Counted from the stretch's first letter, positions 17,245 to 26,765 are shown. The stretch: DNA of 64,000 nt from an uncultured Planctomycetota bacterium (GCA_963841915.1 CAWJEN010000005.1:1120001-1184000); one strand, 5' to 3'. The notes: a model not told the origin generated them from the sequence alone. Numbers and translations: made by a program.

Positions 17245-18249
17245 ATGATAAAGCCGGCACTAGCAAAGCTTCAGGGAATCGACGTACGTTTGGCTTGGGA
17301 GTCTGAAGCTAAAGACTTCACACCGTGGCTAGCTCAGGAAGAGAATCTTGCACAACTTGGTGATGCGGTCGGTCTGGATTTAGAACTCGAATCTGTCGAG
17401 ACCAGCGTCGGACCTTTTAGAGCGGACATCCTTTGCAAAGACTCTGTGAACGGCAGCTGGATCCTGATTGAGAATCAACTCGAGAAGACCGACCACACCC
17501 ATCTAGGGCAGATTTTAACATATGCAGCAGGACTCGAGACTCGTACGATCATCTGGATCGCCTCCAAGTTCACTGATGAGCATCGTGCTGCTATAGATTG
17601 GTTGAATAGCGTCACGCAGTCTGGCCTGAACTTCTTTGCGATCGAGATTGAGTTGTGGCAGATTGGCTCATCGCCATACGCGCCCAGATTCAATATTGTC
17701 GCGAAGCCGAATGATTGGTCGAAAGCCGTGACGACTGGCAAGGCCAAGATCGACCTTGATGAGTTGACACCGACGCAATCTTTGCAGATGGAGTTCTGGA
17801 CAGCAGTCCGTGAGGAGATGGAGAATCGGAAGTGTGGACTTAAACTGCAGAAACCAATGCCGCAGACGTGGGTCAACTTTCCGCTCGGAAAAACCGGCTT
17901 CTGTTCAGAAGCCGTGGCCAATGTTCAGCAGGGTCGATTAGATGCTTCACTTATGTTGACGAGCAACGACGCAAAAGGGCACTACGCGGCCCTCCTTGAG
18001 GACCAAGACAACATCAACCAATACTTCAAAGGGCAGATAGAATGGAATCTGAATCCGGGTGCTAATCAGAGTCGGCTCCGGCTGCGTCGCGAGAATGTTG
18101 AATTCTCCATGAAGAATCAGTGGCCCGACCTCATCGAATGGCTAATCGTGCGGCTTGAGCGGCTCGATACATTCTTCCGACCAATCGTCAAAACGTTAGA
18201 ACCAGCCCCAACGGCTATCGTGGGGGAGATGAACGATGAGGACGACTAG
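17245..18249 (+). CDS. DUF4268 domain protein with N-terminal PD-(D/E)xK (NucS-like) nuclease domain; lower GC than host
   Basis: WESEAKDFTPWL; FRADILC..ILIENQLEKTDHTHLGQILTYAAG; visibly AT-richer (27/60 GC in line 17461). Confidence 0.85.
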   Translation: MIKPALAKLQGIDVRLAWESEAKDFTPWLAQEENLAQLGDAVGLDLELESVETSVGPFRADILCKDSVNGSWILIENQLEKTDHTHLGQILTYAAGLETRTIIWIASKFTDEHRAAIDWLNSVTQSGLNFFAIEIELWQIGSSPYAPRFNIVAKPNDWSKAVTTGKAKIDLDELTPTQSLQMEFWTAVREEMENRKCGLKLQKPMPQTWVNFPLGKTGFCSEAVANVQQGRLDASLMLTSNDAKGHYAALLEDQDNINQYFKGQIEWNLNPGANQSRLRLRRENVEFSMKNQWPDLIEWLIVRLERLDTFFRPIVKTLEPAPTAIVGEMNDEDD

Positions 18250-18827
18250 CCGGGTGCCACGGCACGGCGTGTCGTAATCGGACCGATCGATCATCGAGAC
18301 TATTGGGTTGGGCGTCCACCCGGGCGGGGGAGATCGCGACGGTGGGTGGCGAAGCCAGACGACTGGGTCAGGGCGGAGAAAAGGGGTTGGGCGATGTTCC
18401 CGCGGCCGGTGCGCGTGCGGGCCGACGCGGAATTGGAGGTACGTATAGTCACCCGTCGCGCGGATAACCGCGACCCGGTCGTAGGCCAAACGCTCGTGCG
18501 TTGGCAACACAGGCGGCCGTTTCGGACTACATCCTTGCCGGGTTCTGAGGCATGGCTGGATGAACAAGGCCGCACCCGACCTGCACGGCGTGTCGGTTGG
18601 GGCGCTTGATCGGGGCGGTGCGGTTGCTGGCCGTGAGCGTCCGGATCGCCGGCACCGGCATCGCGGCCGAGACGAGCGTCCAGGACGGCGAATCGTCGAT
18701 GAAAATTGCCGCGTGAGCGGACGCGACCGGTCGGCACGGGTCGGAGCCTGTCCGGCCGGGTGGCACGACACATCGTGTCGGAACGCCCGCTTGATCTGGA
18801 CCCTCATGACTCTTGAGCAGAACGACC

Positions 18828-19928
18828 ATGGATCACTTACCTGCACGCGTGCCTTTACCTGAAGGAGTCGCCATCCGCCGGGCGACGAAGGACGATCTGC
18901 CGTTCTTTGACCGGCTGCAGAAGCGGTACAACAAGGAGCTGGGGTACTTCCCGACGAAGCAGTACGAGGGGTATCTGGAGCAGGACGCGATCCTGGTGTC
19001 GGAGACCCACACTCCCCACGACCCCCACACCCCCCACGACCCCCGCGAGCCCCGACCGTCAGGAAGGGGTTCCGATCCGACGCCCGTCGGGTTCGTGGTC
19101 TACAAGGACCGCTATCTCAAACGCGACGAGCTGGGCGTCGTCTACCAGATGGGCGTCGACAGCGACCGACAGCGTGGGGCCATCGGGGCGACGCTGTTGC
19201 AGGCGGCGTTCGAGCGGTCGGCGTACGGGTGCAAACTGTTCTGTTGCTGGTGCGCCCAGGACCTGGCGGCGAACAGGTTCTGGGAGGCGATGGGGTTCTT
19301 CCCGCTGGCGTATCGGGCGGGCAGCGACAAGAAAAGCCGCGTGCACATTCTGTGGCAGAAGCGGATCAACGAAGGCGACAACGGCGTGGGCGGGACACCG
19401 TTCTGGTACCCGTTCCAGACGAACGGCGGGGCGATGCGGGCCGACCGGCTGGCGTTCCCGATTCCGCCGGGGACGCACTGGAGCGAGGTCAAAGCCGTCG
19501 ACGTGCCGATGGTCGACGAGACGGGCAACCGCGTGCTGGCCTTGCCACCCGCCAGGAAGGTGCGCAAGAAAAAGGTCGTCAACAAGACGCCCCAGCCGCA
19601 GAAGGTGCAGATCTTCGTCAACGGCAAGTTCAAGTGGATCCCGAAGCCCGGCAACAGTTCAGCCATCACCCCGCCCCCACCCCCGTCACCGGAGCCCGTG
19701 ACGGAGCCCGTGACGGCAGAGCCCGAGCGGCCGACGTTGAAGATCGACCCGGCGTTCCTGACGATGAACCGTGAGCTGCGGGACCGGTATCTTGAAGAAC
19801 TCAACAGACGCCCGGACCTGACGGCGATCCTGTCGAAGTACGACGCGACCCGCGCGCTGCCGTCGAGCGAGTTCGACACGTTCCGCCTGGAGGCGAAGCA
19901 GCCGTTGGCCCTGCCGGAAGCGGCTTGA
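18828..19928 (+). CDS. GNAT-fold N-acetyltransferase-like protein with long C-terminal extension (paralog 2)
   Basis: IRRATKDDLP; QMGVDSDRQRGAIGATLL; WCAQDLAANRFWEAMGF; RELRDRYLEE shared with paralog 1. Confidence 0.82.
   Translation: MDHLPARVPLPEGVAIRRATKDDLPFFDRLQKRYNKELGYFPTKQYEGYLEQDAILVSETHTPHDPHTPHDPREPRPSGRGSDPTPVGFVVYKDRYLKRDELGVVYQMGVDSDRQRGAIGATLLQAAFERSAYGCKLFCCWCAQDLAANRFWEAMGFFPLAYRAGSDKKSRVHILWQKRINEGDNGVGGTPFWYPFQTNGGAMRADRLAFPIPPGTHWSEVKAVDVPMVDETGNRVLALPPARKVRKKKVVNKTPQPQKVQIFVNGKFKWIPKPGNSSAITPPPPPSPEPVTEPVTAEPERPTLKIDPAFLTMNRELRDRYLEELNRRPDLTAILSKYDATRALPSSEFDTFRLEAKQPLALPEAA
19006..19070 (+). repeat. In-frame 18-bp tandem duplication followed by a REP-like hairpin inside GNAT paralog 2
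   Basis: HTPHDP x2, then AGCCCCGACCGTCAGGAAGGGGT; segment absent from paralog 1. Confidence 0.55.
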
Positions 19929-19972
19929 GGTAGCGATCAGAGATCGCAACCGAGAGACGAGGCGTCGCACCC

Positions 19973-20004
19973 AAAGAAGAGACTCGGCAACGGACGTTGC
20001 CGAG
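19973..20004 (-). terminator. Intrinsic terminator-like hairpin for the minus-strand gene, possibly bidirectional
   Basis: CTCGGCAAC-GGAC-GTTGCCGAG; TCTCTTCTTT follows on the minus strand. Confidence 0.65.
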
Positions 20005-20029
20005 CCGCTGAGATGGAGTCGACGGCAAA

Positions 20030-23017
20030 TCACGCCACGGTGAAGGCGATGGGCAGGCTTTCACCGGCGAGGCCCGTTGCGTCATCGTCGGCATAAGCCG
20101 TTACGCTGAGCGTGTACGCCCCGGCGGGCAACACATCGCCGAAGAAGTCGCCGCCGTTGTTGGCCAGCAGCGCGTACGGGGCGACGTTCTCGACGCGATC
20201 GACGAACAACCCGCCCGGCCCGTTCAGCACGAACCGCACGCTCTCGACGGCTGTGGTGTCGGCGACGTTCGCGACGATCGACGCATGACTCGGCACGTCC
20301 GTCACGACGATGCCGTCGGTCAACGTCAGCACGTCGACATCCTCTGCGGCGTCGACCAGCGTCAGCGACGCGATGCCGAGGTCGGCCGAATCGTCGACGA
20401 TGGTGAAGGTGACGCTGCCGGTCTCGTCGACGTTGCCGCCTGCGTTGTCGGCCGAGTAACTCGTCGCCGTCAAGGTGTAGGTGCCGGCCGGCAGGGCGGT
20501 GCCGAGCACGTCGCCCGAGCCTTCGTAGGCCATGGCTTCGTTGCGGAACAGTGTGTAGAACGAGACGTTTTCCGTGTTCTCGTAGACCAGACCGCCGGGC
20601 CCTTCGAGGCGGAAGGCGACACTCTCTGCGTCGGCGTCGATGCCGTCGGCCTCGATCGACAGGTTGCTCGCCAGCTCGCTGCGGTTGTACGTCTGGCCGT
20701 CGACGATGGCGAAGAGTCGCACGTCCGCACCGGCGTCGAGGAACGTGAAGGAGACGTCATCGTTCGTCGGCGGCGGCGGCGGGGCCACGATCACGGTGCT
20801 CGTCGCGAACCGGGCTCCACTCGTCAGCCCCTGGTCGTCCGTCGCGACGGCCGAGTAGTCGTAATCGCCTGCGGCAAAGCCGGTGGTGTCGAGGGCAAGT
20901 GTGTATCCGTCGCTGCCGTCGTTGTCGGTGCCGATCGCCGTGCCATCGCGGAAGAAGGTCACACCCGACACGCTGCCGTCAGAGTCTTCGACACCGCCGG
21001 CTGTGACAGTCAAAGCGTCACCCGCCGTGACCGGGTTCGGCGAGACGGACAGCGACGCGATCGTCGGAGCCAGATTGCCAGGTGTGGGTCGAACGACGGT
21101 GTTCGTCGTGAACACCGGATCACTCTCTGCACCTTCGTCATCGACGGCAATCGCGTAGTACGTCCGCGTCTGTCCGACGACATCGAAGCCGTCGAATGTC
21201 ACCGAGTACCCGTCGCTGCCGTCGGCGTCGTTGCCGATGGCCGTGTCGCCGTCGGCGTCCTGACGGAAGAAGACGACTTCCGCTACCGAGCCGTCGGTGT
21301 CGGTCACCCCGTTGGCCGTCAGCGTCACGAGTGCCGTCGGGTCGGCGACCGCCGGGTCCGGCGAGTCGGTCAGGCTGGCGATTGTCGGAACAGAGTTCCC
21401 GGTGGCCGTGCCGATGACGAAGTTCTGACCGGCCACGTCCTGACCGGCAGCGAGATTCACCGTGAGCGATCCGCTCGCAGGCGTGATCGTCGACTCTCCG
21501 CCGAGGGTGTCGACACGGACGGCGTAAGAGCCGGCGTCAAGTCCGGTCAGGCCGTAGACGCCGAAGACGTCGGTAAAATCGCTCGGCTCGCCGTTGTCGC
21601 GTGTGCCGTCTCCATCCAGGTCGGCGTAGACGACGACGTTGCTCGCCGGACCGCTGTCGCGCGTCACCGAACCGGCGATCGAGCCGGCCGCCGCGTCGCT
21701 GCCTTCGAGGCGGAAGATCAGCCCTGTGGCCGAGGTCGGCCCGGCGATCAACGACCCGCCGCCGATGACCTGCCCGTTGGGCTGCTGGATCAGTGACTGC
21801 GTCGCCGGGGTCGGGTTCTCCGATGTGAAGTCGAGTAGTCCGTTCGCCCCGACGCTCGGATCCGGAACACCCGATTGTGACAGACGACCGACAAAGCTCT
21901 CAGTGACCATCGCGTCGTCGTTGATGACCTGGCCTGCTGTCAACACGCTGCCGTCGCTCTGTCCGACGAGAAGCGGGCCGAAGAACGCGCCGACGTCTTC
22001 GCCGCCGGGCACGTTGAGGAAGACCGTCCCGTCGGTGCTGCCGAGCAGGGTGCCGCTGGCGCTGACGCGCATCGTCAGCAGGCGGAAGTTGCTGTTGAAC
22101 TGATCTGCGGTGACGCCGACGAGCAGGCTGCCGTCGGGTTGGACGACGAAGTCGACCGCTGCGTCGCTGCGTTCGAAGTCTGCTGTGAAGATGCCATCGC
22201 CGCTGAAGGACGTGTCGAGTGTGCCGTCGGGCAGGAACCGTGCGACGACGGCGTCACCCGAGTCGTCGTCGGCCGACTCGCCGGTGACGAGAAATCGTCC
22301 CTGGGCGTCGAAGTCGATTTCGACGGCCGCCGATCGCGCGCCTCCGCCGAAGCGGAGTGTGGCGACGCCGTTGTCGGCAAAGCCGGCGTCGCGTTGGCCG
22401 TTCTGGTTGAGCACGAGCACGCCGAAGTCGTCGCCGCTGTCGTCGCTGGCGACGCCGGTGGCGACGATGCGGCCGTTCGGGCTGACGGCGAAACGCAGCG
22501 TGTTGAAGTCGCTCGTCGTGAACGCGCCGCCGGTGCCGAACGAGTTGTCGAGGGTGCCGTCGCCGTTGAGTCGGCGGATCACGGTCGCGCCGGTGTCGCC
22601 CACGAACTGCCCGGTGCCGGCGGCGATGATGATGTCACCGTCGGGCAGCAGCGTCAGGCCGGCCGAGAAGAAGTCGCTGCCGTTGGCGGGCAGCCTGCAG
22701 AAGCCGTCGTCGCCGAAGCCGGTGTCGATCGACCCGTTGGCGTCGAGGCGACCGACGTAGGCCTGCGAGCCGTTGCTCAGCGACTGTGCCGTCCCGGCGA
22801 AGACAATCTTGCCGTCGGACTGCAAGGCGACTTCCGAGACGAAGTTGCCGTCTTCGGCAAATCCCGGCAGGTCGATCTCGACGCGACCGCCCGTACCGAA
22901 GGTCGGATCAAGGTCGCCGAACGCGAGCAGGCGACGGCTTTCAAGCGTCTCCACAACCGGTCGCCCCGCGGCAACAAGGGCGTGGCGGACACGGTGGGCG
23001 TTGATGTTGCGGCTCAT
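20030..23017 (-). CDS. Secreted multidomain protein: planctomycete LESRRLL leader, delta-60-like repeats, SdrD B-like and Ig-like domains
   Basis: ETLESRRLLA; repeated LD.(T/S)FG..G and QSDGKIV/QPDG motifs; VVYADLDGDGTRDNGEP; two PTIASL..DSDGSV..V.F Ig-like repeats; two ENV..Y.L repeats. Confidence 0.88.
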   Translation of the reverse strand: MSRNINAHRVRHALVAAGRPVVETLESRRLLAFGDLDPTFGTGGRVEIDLPGFAEDGNFVSEVALQSDGKIVFAGTAQSLSNGSQAYVGRLDANGSIDTGFGDDGFCRLPANGSDFFSAGLTLLPDGDIIIAAGTGQFVGDTGATVIRRLNGDGTLDNSFGTGGAFTTSDFNTLRFAVSPNGRIVATGVASDDSGDDFGVLVLNQNGQRDAGFADNGVATLRFGGGARSAAVEIDFDAQGRFLVTGESADDDSGDAVVARFLPDGTLDTSFSGDGIFTADFERSDAAVDFVVQPDGSLLVGVTADQFNSNFRLLTMRVSASGTLLGSTDGTVFLNVPGGEDVGAFFGPLLVGQSDGSVLTAGQVINDDAMVTESFVGRLSQSGVPDPSVGANGLLDFTSENPTPATQSLIQQPNGQVIGGGSLIAGPTSATGLIFRLEGSDAAAGSIAGSVTRDSGPASNVVVYADLDGDGTRDNGEPSDFTDVFGVYGLTGLDAGSYAVRVDTLGGESTITPASGSLTVNLAAGQDVAGQNFVIGTATGNSVPTIASLTDSPDPAVADPTALVTLTANGVTDTDGSVAEVVFFRQDADGDTAIGNDADGSDGYSVTFDGFDVVGQTRTYYAIAVDDEGAESDPVFTTNTVVRPTPGNLAPTIASLSVSPNPVTAGDALTVTAGGVEDSDGSVSGVTFFRDGTAIGTDNDGSDGYTLALDTTGFAAGDYDYSAVATDDQGLTSGARFATSTVIVAPPPPPTNDDVSFTFLDAGADVRLFAIVDGQTYNRSELASNLSIEADGIDADAESVAFRLEGPGGLVYENTENVSFYTLFRNEAMAYEGSGDVLGTALPAGTYTLTATSYSADNAGGNVDETGSVTFTIVDDSADLGIASLTLVDAAEDVDVLTLTDGIVVTDVPSHASIVANVADTTAVESVRFVLNGPGGLFVDRVENVAPYALLANNGGDFFGDVLPAGAYTLSVTAYADDDATGLAGESLPIAFTVA

Positions 23018-23367
23018 GGTGACATTCCTTCAAACGTCACTGCAAAGCGTGGCCGGACGACGGCTGGCGCAAGCGGCATTCACCGACACAGTGACGTACA
23101 ACACCATGATGCGTCAACGCACCACCAGCGGGGCCAGATTGTGTAAGACAGTCTTCGAACCCCGCGGCCGCGGCAAACAACTTGCGGCCGTTCGCGTGCT
23201 CCTGTCGCCCATTCGAAACCAAGGCTCACCGCTACTGACGATCGAGGCGAGGCGGTTGCCCAACCTTGTCTGCCGGTCGGCCCACCCTACGGACCGTCCT
23301 AAGAAATAAGCTCGATCGTCGCCGATCGATGTGACGAGCAGTAACTGGCGGAGTGGCCGCCCGATCG

Positions 23368-24462
23368 TCAGACGTTGAACCGGAAGTGCACCACGTCGCC
23401 GTCCTGCATGATGTAGCTCTTGCCTTCGATGCGCATCTTGCCGGCCGACTTGATCTTGGCTTCGTCGCCGTGAGCTTCGAGGTCTTCGATGCTGTAGATC
23501 TCGGCCTTGATGAAGCCGCGCTCGAAGTCGGTGTGAATGACGCCCGCTGCCTGTGGAGCGGTGGCGCCGCGGTGAACGGTCCAGGCGCGGATCTCTTTGG
23601 GGCCGGTCGTGAAGTAGCTTTGCAGCCCGAGCATGTCGTACGCCTCGCGGGCCAGCGACGCCAGGGCGGGTTCGGTCAGGCCCAGGTCGCCGAGCATCTC
23701 GTCGCGTTCGGCGTCTTCGAGCTCTGACAGTTCACTTTCGATCTTGGCGCAAACGGGAACCACCGGCGCGCCCTGCGACTCGGCGTAGGCGCGGAGCTTC
23801 GTCGCGAGCGGGCCTTTGCCGTCGACGTCGTCCTCGTCGACGTTGGCCACGAAGAGCACCTTTTTCAGCGTGATCAGGCCGAAGCCCCGAAGCGCTTTAC
23901 GCTCATCGTCGGTCCACTCGAGCTTGCGCAGTGCGGTGCCTTCGTTCAGCGGGCCCTCGCACTTTTCGAGCAGGGCCTTGTGCTGTGCGGCCTCTTTGTC
24001 GCCGCTCTTGGCCTTCTTGCTGACCTTGTGCAAAGCGCTGGTGACGACTTCGACGTCCGCCAGGGCGAGTTCGAGGTCGATCGTCTCGGCGTCATCGACC
24101 GGGTCGACCCGGCCGGCGACGTGTTGAATGTCATCGTCCTCAAAGCACCGGACGACGTGCGCGATCGCATCGGCCTGGCGGATCGTGCTGAGGAACGCGT
24201 TGCCCTTGCCCTCGCCCTTGCTGGCCCCCTTGACGAGGCCGGCGATGTCGACGAACTGCACCTGGGCCGGGATGACCTTTTCGGTCTTCTGGTACTTGTT
24301 GAGCGTCGCGAGCCGTTCGTCCGGCACCGGGACGATGCCGACATTGGGCAGAATCGTGGCGAACGGGTAGTTGGCCGCAAGGATACCAGCCTTGGTGAGC
24401 GCGTTGAAGAGCGTGCTTTTGCCGACATTGGGAAGGCCGACGATTCCGACTTCGAGTGCCAT
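23368..24462 (-). CDS. ychF: Ribosome-binding ATPase YchF
   Basis: GIVGLPNVGKSTLFNALT, ANYPFATI, DIAGLVKGAS, APQAAGVIHTDFERGFI. Confidence 0.99.
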   Translation of the reverse strand: MALEVGIVGLPNVGKSTLFNALTKAGILAANYPFATILPNVGIVPVPDERLATLNKYQKTEKVIPAQVQFVDIAGLVKGASKGEGKGNAFLSTIRQADAIAHVVRCFEDDDIQHVAGRVDPVDDAETIDLELALADVEVVTSALHKVSKKAKSGDKEAAQHKALLEKCEGPLNEGTALRKLEWTDDERKALRGFGLITLKKVLFVANVDEDDVDGKGPLATKLRAYAESQGAPVVPVCAKIESELSELEDAERDEMLGDLGLTEPALASLAREAYDMLGLQSYFTTGPKEIRAWTVHRGATAPQAAGVIHTDFERGFIKAEIYSIEDLEAHGDEAKIKSAGKMRIEGKSYIMQDGDVVHFRFNV

Positions 24463-24521
24463 AGGGCGGCAGCGTAGGGCGGTGCTCTTGCGGCGATGTG
24501 CACGCAAGTGGTGCGACGACG

Positions 24522-26258
24522 CTACTCGTCCTGGGGGAACGTGACATCGAGCTCGACCGGCTCGCCGTCACGGTCGACGGTGAGGGTGATCGAGTCACCG
24601 AAGTCGAGCCTGCCGAGAGCAACGCGAAGGGCGGCGAGGGTCGGGACGTCGCGGCCGTCGATGGCGGTGATGACGTCGCCGGTCACGACACCGGCGGCAC
24701 CGGCCGGTGAGCCGTCGACGACCTGTCCGATGGTCAAGCCGTCGCCACCGGGTTCGACGGCGACTCCGAGCCGGACGCCGGTGCGGTTGGGGTTCTTGAA
24801 CTTCAGCGCGTCTGCCGGCGCGGCGGCCATGCCGTAGGTGATGTCGGTCGCTGCCCTGGCCAGCCGCGTCATGCCGTCGAAGTTGATGAGCTCGACGTCG
24901 TCGTCAGGCCCGTGGTACTCGTCGTGCAGGCCGCTGAACAGGAAGACGGCCGGGATGCCGGCGCTGATGAAGGGTGCGTGGTCACTGTTGCCACCGAGCG
25001 GCATGGTCTCTTCGACCAGGTCCGCCGACGTGGTGGCACCGGAGACGAGGCTGCCGAAGGCGTCGGCGGTTTGGGCCCCGCCGACGAAGACCTTTTCGTC
25101 ACGGATGCGGCCGACCATGTCGAGGTTGAGCATCGCCACGATCTTCTCCTGCTCGATCGGCGGCTCGGTGACGAACTCGCGACTCCCGACAAGGCCTATC
25201 TCTTCGGCCGTGAAGCCGATGAAGATGACACTGCGTTCGGGCTGCTCGCCATTGGCGATAGCTTCGGCGACTTCGATGAGCGTTGCGGTGCCGCTGGCGT
25301 TGTCGTCGGCACCGTTGTGGATGTTGTCCTCACCGGCGAAACGGCTGCCGTACTCGCCGCGACCGATGTGGTCATAGTGGGCGCCGACGACGACGTACTC
25401 GTCAGGCGTCTTTCCCTCGACCATACCGACGATGTTGCGGACGGCAGACGTGCTGCCCGTCGACTCGAAGCCGCCGGACACAAAGAGATCGCTCGCCAGT
25501 GACGAAGGGCCACCGGCGTCGAGGCGGCCCTGCAGGTAGGCCAGGTCGGGCAGGCGGGCACGATCCAGCAGGTCGCTGGCAAGCTCCCTATCGATGTGCA
25601 ACGCCGGAATCTTTGCAAACGGTCGACCCATGCCGAAGCTGCTTAGCCCTTCGTCGCGTGAGTGCATCGGCGGATTGACGACGAGCAAGCCGACAGCGCC
25701 GTTGTCTTGGGCGAGCTTGACCTTGCGGGTGAAGGTCGCGTCGTTGCCCATGCGGTCCGTGCCGGTCGCCTGAACGGTGCCGTCGACGTCGTACGGCTCG
25801 TACCGCAGGACGAGGACGACTTTGCCGTCGACGTCGAGGTCGGCGTAGTCGTCGTGCCCTTCGCGGGTGATGCCGTAACCGGCAAAGACGAGATCACCCT
25901 CGAAGGTGCCGGGCGATGCCCAATTGAAGGGCTCGAAGTCACCGGCGAGCGGTTCGTCACCGGCGGCGAGGGACTTGGACTCGTAGCCGAACGACATCGG
26001 CAGGTCGAACGGGTGCGAGTAGTCCTCGAGGCCCGGTACCTGCTGAAGCCCGATCGCTTCGAACCGCTCGGCGAGGAAGACGGCGGCAGCTTCGAGACCG
26101 GGATTGGCCAGGCCGCGACCTTCGCGTTCGTCATCGGCGAGCCAATCGACCGTCGCCTCGAGTTCGGCGACGTTGATCTCCACTGAAACCTCCGTCAACG
26201 CGTCGGCAGAGACGGCAGCGGGCAGAAGCAGGACAACGGCGAGGCTGCAATACGTCAC
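24522..26258 (-). CDS. M28 family aminopeptidase with PA and PDZ domains
   Basis: GAHYDHIG, NGADDNASG, FTAEEIGLVGS, NLDMVGR, SDH, YH; C-terminal GSPAGAAGVVTGDVI PDZ; GTG start chosen for signal peptide and stop overlap. Confidence 0.92.
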   Translation of the reverse strand: MTYCSLAVVLLLPAAVSADALTEVSVEINVAELEATVDWLADDEREGRGLANPGLEAAAVFLAERFEAIGLQQVPGLEDYSHPFDLPMSFGYESKSLAAGDEPLAGDFEPFNWASPGTFEGDLVFAGYGITREGHDDYADLDVDGKVVLVLRYEPYDVDGTVQATGTDRMGNDATFTRKVKLAQDNGAVGLLVVNPPMHSRDEGLSSFGMGRPFAKIPALHIDRELASDLLDRARLPDLAYLQGRLDAGGPSSLASDLFVSGGFESTGSTSAVRNIVGMVEGKTPDEYVVVGAHYDHIGRGEYGSRFAGEDNIHNGADDNASGTATLIEVAEAIANGEQPERSVIFIGFTAEEIGLVGSREFVTEPPIEQEKIVAMLNLDMVGRIRDEKVFVGGAQTADAFGSLVSGATTSADLVEETMPLGGNSDHAPFISAGIPAVFLFSGLHDEYHGPDDDVELINFDGMTRLARAATDITYGMAAAPADALKFKNPNRTGVRLGVAVEPGGDGLTIGQVVDGSPAGAAGVVTGDVITAIDGRDVPTLAALRVALGRLDFGDSITLTVDRDGEPVELDVTFPQDE

Positions 26259-26374
26259 GCCGCAGGATATGCAGGCGTGTCGTCCTGCCGCACCTCGTCG
26301 TGGATCCGCTTCTCGCACCCGACGACGACGGCGAGGAGGAGCAAGAGGCTGGCAAGGGTCAGGCGTCGTCGCAT
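26255..26374 (-). CDS. Small 39-aa putative lipoprotein
   Basis: MRRRLTLASLLLLLAVVVG-C signal and lipobox; TGA overlaps the GTG of the M28 gene. Confidence 0.6.
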   Translation of the reverse strand: MRRRLTLASLLLLLAVVVGCEKRIHDEVRQDDTPAYPAA

Positions 26375-26575
26375 CGGGCACAATCTAGGAACGAACCGGC
26401 GTGTGGCGGTCATCGAGCGTGCGCCGTGGCGGCCGCCGCGGCGCACGCGTTACGCGAGACGGCGGCGGACGACCCGCGGCTGCCGAATGTGTCAGGGTGA
26501 CCGCAATTTTTGTAGGACCACCTCCGCACGGCCGACGACCCGCCGACGCAAAACGCAGCCGACTTCGACGCAGAT

Positions 26576-26591
26576 TGTTCCACGTGGAACA
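26576..26591. promoter_or_regulatory. parS: parS centromere-like site
   Basis: Perfect palindrome TGTTCCACGTGGAACA matching the widespread parS consensus. Confidence 0.9.
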
Positions 26592-26642
26592 TTGCCGTTG
26601 CGTCGAAAACCGGTCTGCCAAGCTGCCACGGGGGTCGGCCGA

Positions 26643-26658
26643 TGTTCCACGTGGAACA
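26643..26658. promoter_or_regulatory. parS: parS centromere-like site
   Basis: TGTTCCACGTGGAACA, 67 bp from the previous copy. Confidence 0.9.
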
Positions 26659-26765
26659 TTCGCGCTCCGCCGCTGACCCGCGGATGCAGATGGCCGCCGC
26701 GGCGCAGCGCTGAACGGTCTCAAGCGAGCTGGCGGAGCAGCTACCGTGTCTGCCCGCCGCTTTTG

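Noticed and set aside
17698..18820. Diversity-generating retroelement (VR/TR pair)
   Set aside because: Similarity is weak, differences are not confined to adenines, and there is no reverse transcriptase in the window
23041..23056. TGCAAAGCGTGGCCGG, nearly the same as the sigma54-like motif at 53510
   Set aside because: GG to GC spacing is 9 rather than the required 10, and the implied start would fall on the RBS
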